Positions 1 through 11,004 of a stretch of 64,000 nt of DNA are shown here, one piece after another (the stretch's first letter is position 1; every line of letters begins with the position of its first letter). The DNA is from an uncultured Candidatus Saccharibacteria bacterium (GTDB lineage Bacteria > Patescibacteriota > Minisyncoccia > 2-02-FULL-40-12 > GWA2-44-9). The stretch spans positions 81,970 through 145,969 of the forward strand of contig CAZBFM010000001.1 of the NCBI GenBank assembly GCA_964491455.1, written 5' to 3'. The notes below the pieces were generated by a model, which worked only from the letters and a program-made list of their open reading frames with translations, was not told the origin of the DNA and did not search any database. The position numbers were made by a program, and so were the translations under genes.

Positions 1-26
1 AGGTAAGCGTGGTATTCTAAGATACT

Positions 27-989
27 ATGACACCGGTTACGATTCTGACTGGCTTTTTAGGAGCAGGGAAGACGACTCTCCTGAACCATATCCTCACGGG
101 CGACCACGGCAAGCGTATTGCAGTGGTCGTCAATGAACTTGGTGACATCGGACTCGATGATCGATTTATCGCGCGCTCGGATGGTGACATTGTTGAGCTC
201 ACCAATGGTTGTGTGTGCTGTAGCGGACGCAATGACACCATGGAGGTTCTCTTGTCGTTGGTCGCGCGCTCGAAGCGTGGCGAGCCTATCGATCACGTCA
301 TCATCGAAACCACTGGCCTTGCAAAGCCCGCATCCCTGTGTCGGTTCTTTTTGGGGGACTCACCACTTAAGTCATTCTATCGACTTGATGGCGTCGTGAC
401 GGTGGTGGACGCCTACCACGGTGTCAGTCAGATGGTGCAGTATCGTGAAGTCAAAGAACAAATCGCGATTGCTGACTTGGTGCTCATGAATAAGACCGAT
501 TTGGCAGAAGAACCACAAATCCATAATCTCGAAGAATGGGTGCACGGTCTCAATCCGACTGCACCTATCATACGCGGGAGTCGCGGCGTGGTGCCGCTCG
601 ATCGTATTCTGAATGTCGGCGGCTTTCAGCTCATGGGCAAGGAACACATTCTTGATGAGCATCACAATCATGATGAGCCTGTGCATGATTCAGATGTCAC
701 CTCCATTTCAATTCGCGAAGAACAGCCACTTGATCGAGGTAAGTTTATTAAATGGCTTACCGAATTTGTCGCCATGGAAGGCGGCGACTTGCTGCGCTAC
801 AAAGGAATCCTCCAGTTTGCTGGGTTACCAAATAGAAGCATCCTGCAAGGCGTGCACATGATCCGCGAGCTCGAAGATGCGGGGCCGTGGCCAGACGGCG
901 TTGTGCCGGCGACGGAGCTGGTGATCATCGGGCGACGCTTGATGGCGGATGTGATACGCGAGGGGGTTCGCAACTGCGTCGCGCGGTAG
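27..989 (+). CDS. CobW/COG0523-family GTPase (putative zinc metallochaperone)
   Basis: Walker A GFLGAGKTTLLN at the N-terminus, the CxCC motif (GCVCCS) typical of COG0523, a His-rich stretch HILDEHHNHDEPVHDSD, and a CobW C-terminal-like domain. Confidence 0.8.
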   Translation: MTPVTILTGFLGAGKTTLLNHILTGDHGKRIAVVVNELGDIGLDDRFIARSDGDIVELTNGCVCCSGRNDTMEVLLSLVARSKRGEPIDHVIIETTGLAKPASLCRFFLGDSPLKSFYRLDGVVTVVDAYHGVSQMVQYREVKEQIAIADLVLMNKTDLAEEPQIHNLEEWVHGLNPTAPIIRGSRGVVPLDRILNVGGFQLMGKEHILDEHHNHDEPVHDSDVTSISIREEQPLDRGKFIKWLTEFVAMEGGDLLRYKGILQFAGLPNRSILQGVHMIRELEDAGPWPDGVVPATELVIIGRRLMADVIREGVRNCVAR

Positions 990-1003
990 TATACTGTGAG
1001 TAT

Positions 1004-1312
1004 ATGGTAGGAGTGATCTTGTTTCTTTTTGGTGTGCTCATTGGCATTACAGCAATGTGGCTTGTTCAACATAGCGCTCATCACAGTGCATCTCGTGAGC
1101 ACATAGGCGAGGCGCACTACGAGCCTGTGCGTCGCGTTGTAGTGGCGCACTTGCGTTCGCATGGGACTATCAATCTGCGACAACTTGAGCGCATGGTGGA
1201 TCTTCCTACGCATCGCATCTCTTCTTTTCTCAATCAAATGATTGCAGATCGCCACATCATTCGTCACGGACATGGTGATGATGGCGCCTTTTTCACGCTG
1301 ATGCTACGCTAG
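1004..1312 (+). CDS. hypothetical membrane-anchored protein with a possible winged-helix segment
   Basis: ATG at 1004; N-terminal hydrophobic helix VGVILFLFGVLIGITAMWLV; C-terminal LRQLERMVDLPTHRISSFLNQM looks like a wHTH. Confidence 0.35.
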   Translation: MVGVILFLFGVLIGITAMWLVQHSAHHSASREHIGEAHYEPVRRVVVAHLRSHGTINLRQLERMVDLPTHRISSFLNQMIADRHIIRHGHGDDGAFFTLMLR

Positions 1313-1340
1313 CGGAGGTTCTTTTGCAGAGGAGATTCTC

Positions 1341-2201
1341 ATGAACCTTGTGCAGGGTGCTTTTCGGAGGGAGCTTGTAGGCGTGCTTGCGATGCTGCAT
1401 TTCTTGGCTGCGTATGGGGTCTGGTGGTGCAGCACATGGGGCGTTCCCGTTACTGCCTGGGTGCTCGCCGTTGTACTCTATTGTGTTAGCTCGCTTGGTA
1501 TTACCGTCGGGTATCATCGTTATTTTACCCATGGGGCATTCTGGTGCGTGCGCGAGGTGAAGTATGCTCTTGCGATTGCAGGAGCGCTCGCAGGGGAGGG
1601 TCCACTCTCGAGGTGGTGTGCCGATCACCGGCAACACCATCGCTTCACCGACGGCGATTTCGACCCTCACTCGCCATGGAGTTCACGTGCAGGTGAGGGG
1701 TTCAAGCAGTCCGTCCTTGGCTTTCTCTGGGCGCACGTTGGTTGGATCTGCTGGGAAACAAAACGTCCCGAAGGATTTCATCCCGGCGTGCCTGTGCACG
1801 ATAAGGCTGTAGTTGCATGGCAAGAGCGCTACTACTGGCACATCGTCGCTCTGGGGTTCATCATTCCATTTCTCCTTGCTGGTTGGGCGGGATTCTTTCT
1901 GGCGGGTTGCATCCGTATGGTGGCGCACTTTCATGCCACATGGATGGTCAATTCCGTATGTCATCTGTGGGGATCGCATCCGCTCGGACCTGATGGCGAC
2001 GTATGGAAGCGAGATAAGTCTCGCAACAACGTCTTCGTTGCACTCGTGACGATGGGTGAGGGGTGGCATGGCAATCACCATGTGCAGCCGCATGCAGCGC
2101 AGCTCGGGTATCGGTGGTACCACTGGGATCCAGGCAAGTGGCTCATTCATCTCTTCGAGGGTGCGCACGTTGCACGCAAGGTGCAGCGATATACCGTGTG
2201 A
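1341..2201 (+). CDS. acyl-CoA/acyl-lipid (delta-9 type) fatty acid desaturase
   Basis: Three histidine boxes HRYFTH, HRQHHRF and HGNHHVQPH in the order typical of membrane desaturases; several TM segments; GGAG RBS. Confidence 0.8.
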   Translation: MNLVQGAFRRELVGVLAMLHFLAAYGVWWCSTWGVPVTAWVLAVVLYCVSSLGITVGYHRYFTHGAFWCVREVKYALAIAGALAGEGPLSRWCADHRQHHRFTDGDFDPHSPWSSRAGEGFKQSVLGFLWAHVGWICWETKRPEGFHPGVPVHDKAVVAWQERYYWHIVALGFIIPFLLAGWAGFFLAGCIRMVAHFHATWMVNSVCHLWGSHPLGPDGDVWKRDKSRNNVFVALVTMGEGWHGNHHVQPHAAQLGYRWYHWDPGKWLIHLFEGAHVARKVQRYTV

Positions 2202-2212
2202 CTATTTCGGTA

Positions 2213-2242
2213 GGCGTCTCGCATGTTGGGACGCCTTTTTTG
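2213..2242 (+). terminator. rho-independent terminator after the desaturase gene
   Basis: Hairpin GGCGTC..GACGCC followed by TTTTTTG. Confidence 0.5.
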
Positions 2243-2371
2243 TCCTTGTAAAGTGGATATCCTCATGGTATTCTACGTAATGATACAGAGCCTAGGTACG
2301 GCATTATTTATTGCCGTCTTTGTGTGTTCGGAGGTGTGTCCGAGGCAATTTCACAGGCCGGTATCTTGCCA

Positions 2372-4156
2372 ATGAGCGATACCGTCGAACAAATCAAGTC
2401 TCGCCTCGATATCGTCGACATCATCTCCGGGTATCTGAAGGTGCAAAAAGCTGGCCAAAACTATAAGGCTCGCTGTCCGTTTCATAACGAAAAGACTCCG
2501 TCCTTTCACATTTCTCCCGAGCGACAGTCATGGCATTGTTTCGGCTGCAATCGAGGTGGCGACATGATCTCCTTCGTCCAAGAGATTGAAGGAATTGATT
2601 TTGTCGAGACACTTCGGATTCTCGCATCGCGAGCAGGTGTCCAGATGCAAGAGCGTCATCCCGAACAGCAGAAAACAAAAGGTCAGCGTCAGGCATTGTT
2701 GGCCGTAACGGAGCTTGCCTCGAAATTTTTCGAGAAGCAATTGTGGCACAGCACGTCAGGTGCTCGCGCTCTTGCGTATCTTCGTAGCCGCGGTCTGCGT
2801 GACGAGACTATCGTCGCATGGCGCCTCGGTTGGGCACCCAATGATTGGCAGGCGCTTACGGGTTTCTTGCTCGATCAGGGCACCACGGCACCAGCCATCG
2901 TCGGCGCGGGTATGGCCATTGATAAGAATGGCCGCCCTTATGATCGTTTTCGAAGCCGCATTATGTTTCCGATTTGTGATTCCAATGGGCAGGTTGTTGG
3001 ATTCACAGGTCGCGTGTTTGGAGCTGAGGTGGCCGTTGATGGCGAACCGTTGGCAAAATACGTCAACACACCGCAGACGCTCCTCTACGATAAGGGCAAC
3101 ATCCTGTACGGTCTCGATAAAGCAAAAACCGCGATGCGCACGAATGACGCGTGTCTCCTTGTTGAGGGCAATGTTGATGCAATCATGTCATGGCAGGCCG
3201 GCGCACAACATGTGGTCGCGACGTCTGGTACCGCATTAACTCCTCAGCAGCTGAAGATACTTGGTCGCTACAGTATGAATTTGGATATGTGTTTTGATAC
3301 CGATCAAGCCGGCAAAGTTGCTACTCGGCGCGGTATCGGACTCGCCCTCGCGCAAAACTTCGCCGTGCGCATTCTGACGATCAAGGACGCTGAATGCAAA
3401 GATCCTGCAGACTATATTCAGAAATACGGTGCCGCGTGGAATGACATTGTGTCTTCGGCAACGCCTGTGTTGCACTATTACTATCAAGACGCGCTGACGA
3501 CATTTGATCCATCTTCGCCGGCTATCAAGAAGGCAATTGTTGCATCGATGGGTCCGCTCATCCGTCGTCTCCCGAGCAAAGTCGAGCAAGGTCATTGGAT
3601 CGGTCAGCTCGCGGCGCTCTTGCGCACCAGCGAGTCGGCCGTGGCGGAGGATATTAGCGCAGTCAAAGACGATCTTTCAATGTCAGAGATATTAGCTCCA
3701 CAGTCCCCAGCGCCCACGCCAGTAATTGTGCCGCTCGCACCACTGGATACCACTGGCCAGGAGCTCCTCGCTCTCCTCGTGCGACAGCCGGCACTTGCCG
3801 CTCAGCTAGGTGAGTACGCCGAGCAACTCGACCCGCGAGTAGCGGCGGTTATCACTGATCCAGCGATGCTTGCCACGGGATACGAGGGAGAGCATCGTCA
3901 TCTGATTGATGTGGCAGTTATGCGTGCTGCAGAGCTGTGGCAGGAATATACACCCCAGCAGCTCGAGGATCACATGGCTACACTGGTGAATCACATGCGC
4001 ATCAAACAACTCAAAAAGCTTCGCACAGATGTCGAACGCGACATCCGCCAGGCGGAAGCAGGTAGCGATACCCAACGCCTGCGCGAGCTCCTCGGCAAAT
4101 TTCAAGAATATTCCACTCAATTAAATCAGTTGCAGCAAATACAAACCACGACATGA
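2372..4156 (+). CDS. dnaG: DNA primase DnaG
   Basis: CHC2 zinc finger [25 protein letters not shown]; [22 protein letters not shown]; classic dnaG-rpoD gene order; start may instead be 2324. Confidence 0.9.
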   Translation: MSDTVEQIKSRLDIVDIISGYLKVQKAGQNYKARCPFHNEKTPSFHISPERQSWHCFGCNRGGDMISFVQEIEGIDFVETLRILASRAGVQMQERHPEQQKTKGQRQALLAVTELASKFFEKQLWHSTSGARALAYLRSRGLRDETIVAWRLGWAPNDWQALTGFLLDQGTTAPAIVGAGMAIDKNGRPYDRFRSRIMFPICDSNGQVVGFTGRVFGAEVAVDGEPLAKYVNTPQTLLYDKGNILYGLDKAKTAMRTNDACLLVEGNVDAIMSWQAGAQHVVATSGTALTPQQLKILGRYSMNLDMCFDTDQAGKVATRRGIGLALAQNFAVRILTIKDAECKDPADYIQKYGAAWNDIVSSATPVLHYYYQDALTTFDPSSPAIKKAIVASMGPLIRRLPSKVEQGHWIGQLAALLRTSESAVAEDISAVKDDLSMSEILAPQSPAPTPVIVPLAPLDTTGQELLALLVRQPALAAQLGEYAEQLDPRVAAVITDPAMLATGYEGEHRHLIDVAVMRAAELWQEYTPQQLEDHMATLVNHMRIKQLKKLRTDVERDIRQAEAGSDTQRLRELLGKFQEYSTQLNQLQQIQTTT

Positions 4157-5430
4157 AGAAATTACAGAAGAAGAAAGTGTCAGGCAAGAAGTCTGCAGCG
4201 AAAAAGAAAAAAGTCATCAAGAAGGCGACAAAGAAATCGTCTTCTTCAGCGCGCAAAGGCGTCGCCAAGAAGAGACCCGTAGCAAAGAAAATATCGAAGA
4301 AGGCAGCCAAGAAGGTGTCTCGCGGAGCTAAGGCCAGCGCACGCACGCCAAAACAGCCCGTGATATCAGAGTCTGCGGTTCAGGCGCTTGTGGAGAAGGG
4401 ACGTGCTCGCGGCTTTGTGACGCATGCCGAGATGTTGGCAATGTTTCCAAATATTGAAAAAGACATCGTCGGCCTCGAGACGCTCTACGAACGACTGGAG
4501 GGGATGAGTATCAATGTCATCGAATCGAGCCGCGTCTTTGATACCAAGGAGGCAAAAGTCTATGAGGAAAAGAAGCGCATCGAAACTGAATTTGATGATT
4601 CTGCCTCTGACAACGTGCAGATGTATCTCAAGGAAATCGGTCGTTACCCACTCCTTTCGGGAGAAGAGGAGATCGATCTCGCAAAGCGCATCGAGCGTGG
4701 CGACGATGCCGCACGTTCAAAGCTCGCTGTATCCAACCTTCGTCTTGTTGTCTCAATTGCCAAGAAGTACGTCGGACGATCGGCGAATCTTTCACTGCTG
4801 GATTTGATTCAGGAGGGAAACATCGGACTCTTCAAAGCGGTTGAGAAGTTTGATTATCACAAAGGGTTCAAATTCTCGACCTATGCTACTTGGTGGATCC
4901 GCCAGGCGATTACGCGCGCACTCGCAGATCAAGGTCGCACGATTCGTATTCCGGTGCATATGGTTGAGACTATCAACAAGTACCAGCAAGTTGTGCGTCG
5001 TTTGGTGCAGGATCTTGGACGCGATCCATTACCCGAAGAGACTGCCGCTGAAATGGGTATCGAAGTCGACAAGATTCGTCACATTATCAAAATCTCACAA
5101 GACACCGTATCTCTTGAGGCGCCCGTGGGCGATGAGGATGACGATTCATCCTTGGCCAACTTTGTGCCAGATGAGGAGACGATTTCTCCTGCAGTATCAG
5201 CGCAACGCAAAATCCTCAAGCAGTACATCACCGAGATCGTTAACGATCTCACGCCGCGTGAGCAAAAGATTCTCGATATGCGTTTTGGTCTTACCGATGG
5301 CGTAACGCACACACTCGAAGAGGTGGGGCGCGTATTCTCCGTTACACGCGAGCGTATTCGTCAGATTGAAGCAAAGGCGCTCGACAAAATTCGTCAGCAC
5401 ACCAATGTGGAGAAGTTGAAGAACTACTAG
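4153..5430 (+). CDS. rpoD: RNA polymerase sigma-70 factor RpoD with a Lys-rich N-terminal tail
   Basis: Region 2 [18 protein letters not shown] and [13 protein letters not shown]; region 4 [24 protein letters not shown]; the first ~60 residues are [15 protein letters not shown]-type repeats; start overlaps the dnaG stop (ATGA). Confidence 0.9.
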   Translation: MKKLQKKKVSGKKSAAKKKKVIKKATKKSSSSARKGVAKKRPVAKKISKKAAKKVSRGAKASARTPKQPVISESAVQALVEKGRARGFVTHAEMLAMFPNIEKDIVGLETLYERLEGMSINVIESSRVFDTKEAKVYEEKKRIETEFDDSASDNVQMYLKEIGRYPLLSGEEEIDLAKRIERGDDAARSKLAVSNLRLVVSIAKKYVGRSANLSLLDLIQEGNIGLFKAVEKFDYHKGFKFSTYATWWIRQAITRALADQGRTIRIPVHMVETINKYQQVVRRLVQDLGRDPLPEETAAEMGIEVDKIRHIIKISQDTVSLEAPVGDEDDDSSLANFVPDEETISPAVSAQRKILKQYITEIVNDLTPREQKILDMRFGLTDGVTHTLEEVGRVFSVTRERIRQIEAKALDKIRQHTNVEKLKNY

Positions 5431-5669
5431 AGCTTCCGAATCTCGTCGAGATTATTATCAGGAAGATAGAGGACGAGAAATCCGATGATAATACTCAAGG
5501 GAAGAGTAATGTGGACGTCGTTGTGGAAAAATGCGCCTTCCATCCAGTCGAGGATATACCAGATGCCGCGCCAGATAAGTACAACACCGAGCACCGTGCG
5601 AAAACTTGCAGCGAAGTAAGCGAATCGATGATGAAGTCTGCGTCGTGCCATGTACATGTAGTATAACAT
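5427..5669 (-). CDS. hypothetical small membrane protein
   Basis: 80-aa ORF with two hydrophobic helices, convergent with rpoD; no recognisable motif. Confidence 0.3.
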   Translation of the reverse strand: MLYYMYMARRRLHHRFAYFAASFRTVLGVVLIWRGIWYILDWMEGAFFHNDVHITLPLSIIIGFLVLYLPDNNLDEIRKL

Positions 5670-5758
5670 ATGGCATCGACGCCTGTGGGCGTGCTCGCCT
5701 GTGGATCATCGAGGATGAATATCGGCGAAAGAAAAACGGCCCTCGTGAGGGCCGTGGA

Positions 5759-6346
5759 TTACTCTGTGAAGATGGTGTGACAGGCGCCACACCGTACTTC
5801 GTAGTCACCGAGATCGCCGGGTTGGCGCTGCTCGGTGCCACCGCGGATGCGCTGGGTATAGAGGCCTTTTCCGTAGTTGCCACGACACCGCATGCAGACA
5901 CCAGGACACACGTGCACCTTTGCTGCCATCGCAAGAAGCTTTGGCATGGGGCCGAATGGCTGTTTCGCGAAGTCCATGTTGAGTCCGGCAATTGCAATCG
6001 TGATGCGCTCATCGCTGCGTTCGTCGAGTACGTGAGCAAGCTCGAGCACAAGCCAATCGGGAAAGAATTGTGCCTCATCGAATGCGAAAAACGTTACCGA
6101 TCGATCCTCTAGAATCGCACGAAGCTCTTCGCGTGTATGGACGATGCAGGCCGGATAGCGAATCGAATTGTGCGATACGCCCTTGATGACGCGACGAGCC
6201 TGAATGAACGGCTCCTCGTCGCGACCTTCTGGCGGTCGAATTGCCGCAACCCGCTGACCTTGGTATTCAGCCTGCATGATACGGTCGATGAGCCGTAGGC
6301 TTTTGCCGCCGAACATCGGACCAGTAAAGACAACAATCTGCGCCAT
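5759..6346 (-). CDS. tdk: thymidine kinase
   Basis: P-loop VFTGPMFGGKS; C-terminal zinc ribbon CxxC..CxxC (CPGVCMRCRGN...CGAC); ATG at 6346 preceded by AAGGGAGG RBS. Confidence 0.85.
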   Translation of the reverse strand: MAQIVVFTGPMFGGKSLRLIDRIMQAEYQGQRVAAIRPPEGRDEEPFIQARRVIKGVSHNSIRYPACIVHTREELRAILEDRSVTFFAFDEAQFFPDWLVLELAHVLDERSDERITIAIAGLNMDFAKQPFGPMPKLLAMAAKVHVCPGVCMRCRGNYGKGLYTQRIRGGTEQRQPGDLGDYEVRCGACHTIFTE

Positions 6347-6424
6347 AGCGCCTCCCTTGAAAGAACGACCTGAAAAGAGTACACTGTCCAGGCGTTGTTC
6401 GCAAACGCAACAATCCAATTCCAT

Positions 6425-6496
6425 TCCGGAGTAGCTCAATGGTAGAGCAGGTCGCTGTTAACGACAAGGTTCCAGGTTCGAGTCCTGGCTCCGGAG
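6425..6496 (+). tRNA. tRNA-Asn (anticodon GTT)
   Basis: Acceptor stem TCCGGAG/CTCCGGA; D arm GCTCAATGGTAGAGC; anticodon loop CTGTTAA; T arm CCAGGTTCGAGTCCTGG; CCA not encoded. Confidence 0.8.
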
Positions 6497-7951
6497 CAAA
6501 TCAGGACGGTGTGAATATTCAGCCAGCAGATTGAATGGATTTCGTAAGGTAAACTCTAGGTTTTTACCGTTTAACTGAGCGTTCTGAAGGAAGTATCCTA
6601 AGAATTGCTGTTTTTCGGCTACTTCAGAACGGGTAAATATCTCAAGTGCCCTTTGTGCTAATGAAAGCACGGTTTTTGCAGTGATATGGTACTGCTCATC
6701 GGCATCCGTGTATTCCTGTAATTGAGTCTCAACCAGTCGCTGCTCTTCCTTGTAGCTCTTCAACTTCTTGTCGTATATGGCGTCAGTAATACGTCCGTCG
6801 GCAAGCATATCGATAAGGCGGTCGTTCATTGCTTGGATCTTATCGTAGCGCTGTCGCAGTTCGCTCGTAGCTTCCTCTTGGAAGGCCTTTTTAGCCTCGT
6901 GGGCGCGCCTGAGACTGGTAACTAGCATATCTATCCTATCCTGTGGTAGCTGAACTGATTTGAGGGCTTTTATGACTGGCTCGAGCATTTCTTTTTCATT
7001 CACATAGGTGCGGCTACAGGTGCCCTTATAATTCGTACAGCTGTAATACACGAGACGTCCCTTCTTTAGCTCAGGGGATACCATACTATTACAGTGCGTA
7101 CATCTGACGAGACGGCTCAAGATAAAGGGTCTATGTCGTGTTTTAGTTGCAAGATTGCTTTTGCGCGTCATTAGGCTCTGAGCTTTCTGGTATTTCTCAA
7201 TCGGAATCAGATGCTCGTAGTGATGCGGATACTCTTTGCCTTTGGAGATCATGGTTCCACAGTAGAACGGATCCTTTAAGACCTTCTGTATATTGCTCTG
7301 GGAAACCTTCTTACCGATCTTGCTGCGGAGGCCTCGCTTATGTATCTCGTCAGCGATTGCTCGAAAAGACCATCCTTGGAGGTAGAGATCATAGATAGAG
7401 ACTATGAAGTGGGCCCGTTCTGGATCGGGCACATGAACCTTTTTCTCCTGCATAGTAATCGAGACGTACCCAAGCTTCGGTTGGCCAATGGATTCGCCAT
7501 TGGCCAGCTTCTGCCTGAAGGTTCGTTTCACGTTGTCGCCAATCTGTAGCACGAATCCTCGAGCAAACATTACGCCCATATCCCAGCGCAGCATCTCGGA
7601 GCTGTTAGAGTCTTTGTTAATAATAAGTCCTTCTCGTATAAAATGAACTTCAACTTTGTCTGCCTTGATAAGCTCTAAGAGCAAGACTGATTCTTTAAAA
7701 CTGCGCTGCATTCGATCGATCGTTTCCACGATTAGTGCTACGCGTTCTTTCGAAGCCTTAATCAGCTCTATTATCTCCTCGAACTTCTTGCGATGATCTT
7801 TAAGGGATGATTCATCGAACTGAAACTCTTTCCATGCGTCTAGTTTCCTGCGTACTCGGTACTCACGAGAACGCTCAAGTTGTGCAGGGATGGATTGCCC
7901 ATCTCGCATCTGCTCTTCCGTTGAGACTCGAGCTAGAATTATCGCTTTCAT
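6458..7951 (-). CDS. large serine recombinase (resolvase/invertase-type integrase)
   Basis: N-terminal catalytic motif MKAIILARVSTEEQ; recombinase domain; Cys-rich zinc-ribbon region CTHCNS...CTNYKGTC; long coiled-coil C-terminus. Its 3' end overlaps the tRNA-Asn 3' half and its start overlaps the MTase stop. Confidence 0.85.
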   Translation of the reverse strand: MKAIILARVSTEEQMRDGQSIPAQLERSREYRVRRKLDAWKEFQFDESSLKDHRKKFEEIIELIKASKERVALIVETIDRMQRSFKESVLLLELIKADKVEVHFIREGLIINKDSNSSEMLRWDMGVMFARGFVLQIGDNVKRTFRQKLANGESIGQPKLGYVSITMQEKKVHVPDPERAHFIVSIYDLYLQGWSFRAIADEIHKRGLRSKIGKKVSQSNIQKVLKDPFYCGTMISKGKEYPHHYEHLIPIEKYQKAQSLMTRKSNLATKTRHRPFILSRLVRCTHCNSMVSPELKKGRLVYYSCTNYKGTCSRTYVNEKEMLEPVIKALKSVQLPQDRIDMLVTSLRRAHEAKKAFQEEATSELRQRYDKIQAMNDRLIDMLADGRITDAIYDKKLKSYKEEQRLVETQLQEYTDADEQYHITAKTVLSLAQRALEIFTRSEVAEKQQFLGYFLQNAQLNGKNLEFTLRNPFNLLAEYSHRPDLLRSQDSNLEPCR

Positions 7952-10900
7952 GTTTGACTTTTGTGGTTCATAATTAATTCTTTCTCTTCGTCACTGAGCT
8001 TGTACAGGCTCATAACGTGCATTTCAATGTTCGAAATATCATCGTCAATACTGATTTCGGGATTTACTTTTTTTTGTAGCATTACTTTTCTTACTAGATT
8101 TTCAATATTAGTAACGAGTGGAGAGAAATTTTCTTCAAAGTTGGGGATCGGTAAGGATTTAACTATTTCTGGAGAGAAGTTAATTCCACCGTCCATCGAA
8201 GAGATCTGAAACTTTTTGTCAATAAAATAAGCCATTACCTTGGAATTTAATATTCCAGTTAGTAGTTCAAGCGATTCATTAAGTTTTGGCGAGTATATTA
8301 TTGTAGTGGGTATTGTTGAGTAGAACTCTTTCTCTAAGTCAAGAAATGCCCTGAAGTGTCTTATCCCTGAAATCATTATTTTCTGAGCATCGAATAACTC
8401 GTACCTTCTCGGAAAGTGTTTTTGAAATTCATTGCACGTAACAATTGGCTTGTTAAAACTTAGTTTTAAATATTTGAATAACTGCCTCCCCCAAAGAGCT
8501 TCGTATTTACGCAGAGTGCCTGTGTTGATTAACTTCACCACCCGCTCGTCATTGTCTTGATGACACTCCTTAATTAGAGGTCGAAATTCGTACGCCTCAG
8601 ATGTGCTAAAAGATGCAAGGACGGAGAACCTATCACCCACGGTTTGGTAAAGCGAAAGTCTATCTAGAAGTTGGTCATTGTTAAATAATAAACCAAAATC
8701 CTTTAGATTGATCTTACTCCGCGGCGCAGTTGATTCCGAGTATTTTGAAATCTCAGAATAATTTCGTATTCGAATTATAGGTGTTGTCGTATTTTTTTGA
8801 AAAAGTACGACGATTGAAGATATTGAAGCTGTTTCGAAAACTTTAACGCTGGTGAAATTCGACATGCTTAAGAGGCCAGGTGCCAAGAGTTGTCTTAATC
8901 CGCCGCCGTATTCCATGGTAAGCCACTTGTTGGGAACAATGAAAGACACATTACCGAACTCGGAAAGGAGAGAGATTGATTTTTCAAAAAAGGGAACGTA
9001 AAGATCCCAAGCTCCCTTTGTTGCCGAATATATCTTTGAGAGTTTACGCCGCATAACTGGATCTGACTTAACCATATTAGCTGAATCAACATAAGGGGGA
9101 TTCCCAATAATAATGTTAAATTCCGATGTGCCGAATATAAACTCGGGATTGAAGAAGTTTGCGGATTGCTCACTATCAAACGGTCGGTATGTTTTGAGCT
9201 GCTTAGAAATTTGAGACTCGCCAAAAAGGCCCTCTCCTTGGTTAACGAGCTCGCTGTATTTTGCTCTTAGCTTTTTCTTATTATTTAGACTTTCAGTCTT
9301 AAAATATGCATCCCTGATTTCTCGGAGTTTTTTGGCTAACTGCGGGTCGTCTCCAAATGCGACTGCGCGACTCCTATCTAAGTCAATTAGCGAGTTTGCG
9401 CAAACAAATTTAAATTCAAGATTCGGTAACGGCTTAATATTTTTAGAATCCGCAGCCTCGTCAACGATGATAGATAGCCAAGTGCGAAGTCTTGCGATTT
9501 CCACAGCCATTGGCTCGATGTCGACGCCATAGATATTCTTTTCGATGATCGCAAGTTTCGTTTTATAGGAATCAAATCGTGACTCGAGACGTTCGTAAAC
9601 ACGAACTAACAACTGGAGCATTCCAATTGGAAAGGCTCCTGAGCCACAGGCGGGGTCTAACACCTTGAGCTCATCGAGTGCTTCTATGATTCCGTCCTTG
9701 TATGGTTTCCAGTCTCTGCGCCAGTTATGATCTTGGTCTTGGAAGTCTTTATCGGGGGCATCAATAAGCTGAACCAATCTTTGGTCTCTAAACTGATCTT
9801 CAGGGATTTTTGTTTTTAAATATTCACGTAGAGATTCACGGCACATATAGTCCACAATCTCACGTGGTGTATAGAACGCACCCTTTGCTTTGCGTGCTTG
9901 CTCTCCAGTGTCTTCCGTGATTTCAGCAAGGAGATTCTCGAAGATTCTTCCTAGCATTTCAGGATCAATCGCTACTTGCTGGAACTGACTAGTACTCTCG
10001 TCGGTTGTGAAGTTATAGCCATTAAGAAAGTCAAAGAGGTCATTGAAGTAGTACTTTGGGAATGAGAGTTTTGAATTTCTATACAAGTCAGTATCTCGTG
10101 CCTCAAAAAGTCCACCATTTAGGAAGGGGGTTACGTCGTCTTTATATTCACGATCGGCAATAGGAGTGTTGAGCACTCCAAAGAATAGATTTTCGAGGTT
10201 CTTTCGATAGTATTCGGAGCTATTCTCAAATGCGTGAGAATCAAAATACTTTCGATCTGGGTTGATCACACCTTTTTTGTCTAAGAACCAGCAGAAGATT
10301 ATGCGTCCGAGTAGGCGATTCGCAAATAGAGACGCATGCTTATCGTCGAGGATATTCTCTTTCGTAAGGTATTGTCGGAGAGTGATAAATCTCTCGCTGA
10401 TACCTGCGTAAAACTTCTTGTTGAGCGGCTGCAAATCGAAGCTCTCCCACAGAATGGCGTGCACTTCTTTCTTGTTACTGAAATCAGAGATACTAGCCCA
10501 TTTGGCAAGAATCTCTTGGAAGGTGGCAGTTAGCGCTCCTTTGAGCTCTAAAGTGCGAACGACGTAGTTATTACTCAAAACTATAATCACTCTGTCAGCG
10601 CTCTTTGGCACAACAAAATCTATCCCTACGTTATACTTTGAGTTAAACGACTCATCCTCAAAATTTGGAGTAAGGGCTTGGGCCCACGCAATAGTTCGCT
10701 TCGACGGTTTGGTGACGCCGTACAACTTGAAGTCTATGTTGAGCTTGTTGCCGTTATGAATCTTGTACGTTGCCTTACGATCTATAATAACTTGATCCTC
10801 AAAAAACCAAGATGCATTGGCTCTGATCTTACCATCGCTGTCGGAAAACAATTGGAAAAGATTCTGGTCATCGGGCGATACGGAATCATCTAGAAGATGT

Positions 10901-11004
10901 ATTACGGCGAGAATAACTTTCTTGGCTTGAGCAAGAGTTTTATGCTCAGATAGGGTATTGAGCTCTTTCTGTATTTCTTGGATTGCAGGCAGCGGCTTAT
11001 TCAT
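7948..11004 (-). CDS. large gamma-class N6-adenine DNA methyltransferase with N-terminal and C-terminal extensions (type IIG / PglX / DrmMI-like layout)
   Basis: SAM-binding motif I VLDPACGSGAFPIG near aa 467; catalytic motif IV IIIGNPPYVDSANM near aa 640 (about nt 9092-9103); ~450 aa upstream including a possible PD-x(n)-ELK element (GIDFVV...RTLELK); ~380 aa downstream, TRD-like. 1018 aa; AT-rich codon usage. Confidence 0.8.
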   Translation of the reverse strand: MNKPLPAIQEIQKELNTLSEHKTLAQAKKVILAVIHLLDDSVSPDDQNLFQLFSDSDGKIRANASWFFEDQVIIDRKATYKIHNGNKLNIDFKLYGVTKPSKRTIAWAQALTPNFEDESFNSKYNVGIDFVVPKSADRVIIVLSNNYVVRTLELKGALTATFQEILAKWASISDFSNKKEVHAILWESFDLQPLNKKFYAGISERFITLRQYLTKENILDDKHASLFANRLLGRIIFCWFLDKKGVINPDRKYFDSHAFENSSEYYRKNLENLFFGVLNTPIADREYKDDVTPFLNGGLFEARDTDLYRNSKLSFPKYYFNDLFDFLNGYNFTTDESTSQFQQVAIDPEMLGRIFENLLAEITEDTGEQARKAKGAFYTPREIVDYMCRESLREYLKTKIPEDQFRDQRLVQLIDAPDKDFQDQDHNWRRDWKPYKDGIIEALDELKVLDPACGSGAFPIGMLQLLVRVYERLESRFDSYKTKLAIIEKNIYGVDIEPMAVEIARLRTWLSIIVDEAADSKNIKPLPNLEFKFVCANSLIDLDRSRAVAFGDDPQLAKKLREIRDAYFKTESLNNKKKLRAKYSELVNQGEGLFGESQISKQLKTYRPFDSEQSANFFNPEFIFGTSEFNIIIGNPPYVDSANMVKSDPVMRRKLSKIYSATKGAWDLYVPFFEKSISLLSEFGNVSFIVPNKWLTMEYGGGLRQLLAPGLLSMSNFTSVKVFETASISSIVVLFQKNTTTPIIRIRNYSEISKYSESTAPRSKINLKDFGLLFNNDQLLDRLSLYQTVGDRFSVLASFSTSEAYEFRPLIKECHQDNDERVVKLINTGTLRKYEALWGRQLFKYLKLSFNKPIVTCNEFQKHFPRRYELFDAQKIMISGIRHFRAFLDLEKEFYSTIPTTIIYSPKLNESLELLTGILNSKVMAYFIDKKFQISSMDGGINFSPEIVKSLPIPNFEENFSPLVTNIENLVRKVMLQKKVNPEISIDDDISNIEMHVMSLYKLSDEEKELIMNHKSQT

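Noticed and set aside
5458-6078. 206-aa ORF on the minus strand overlapping tdk in another frame
   Set aside because: Lies entirely within the well-supported tdk and its flanking region; Ser/Arg-rich low-complexity translation, with no RBS or motif.
6458-6496. Recombinase C-terminus running into the tRNA-Asn 3' half as a possible mis-annotation
   Set aside because: Kept as is. No in-frame stop occurs before 6458, and overlap of integrase genes with a tRNA 3' end is common at integration sites. The last ~13 codons may not be functionally important.
8895-9224. 109-aa internal ORF on the minus strand within the MTase gene, plus similar 60-90 aa ORFs inside the helicase and MTase
   Set aside because: Alternate-frame ORFs inside long, motif-supported genes in AT-rich sequence; no independent evidence.
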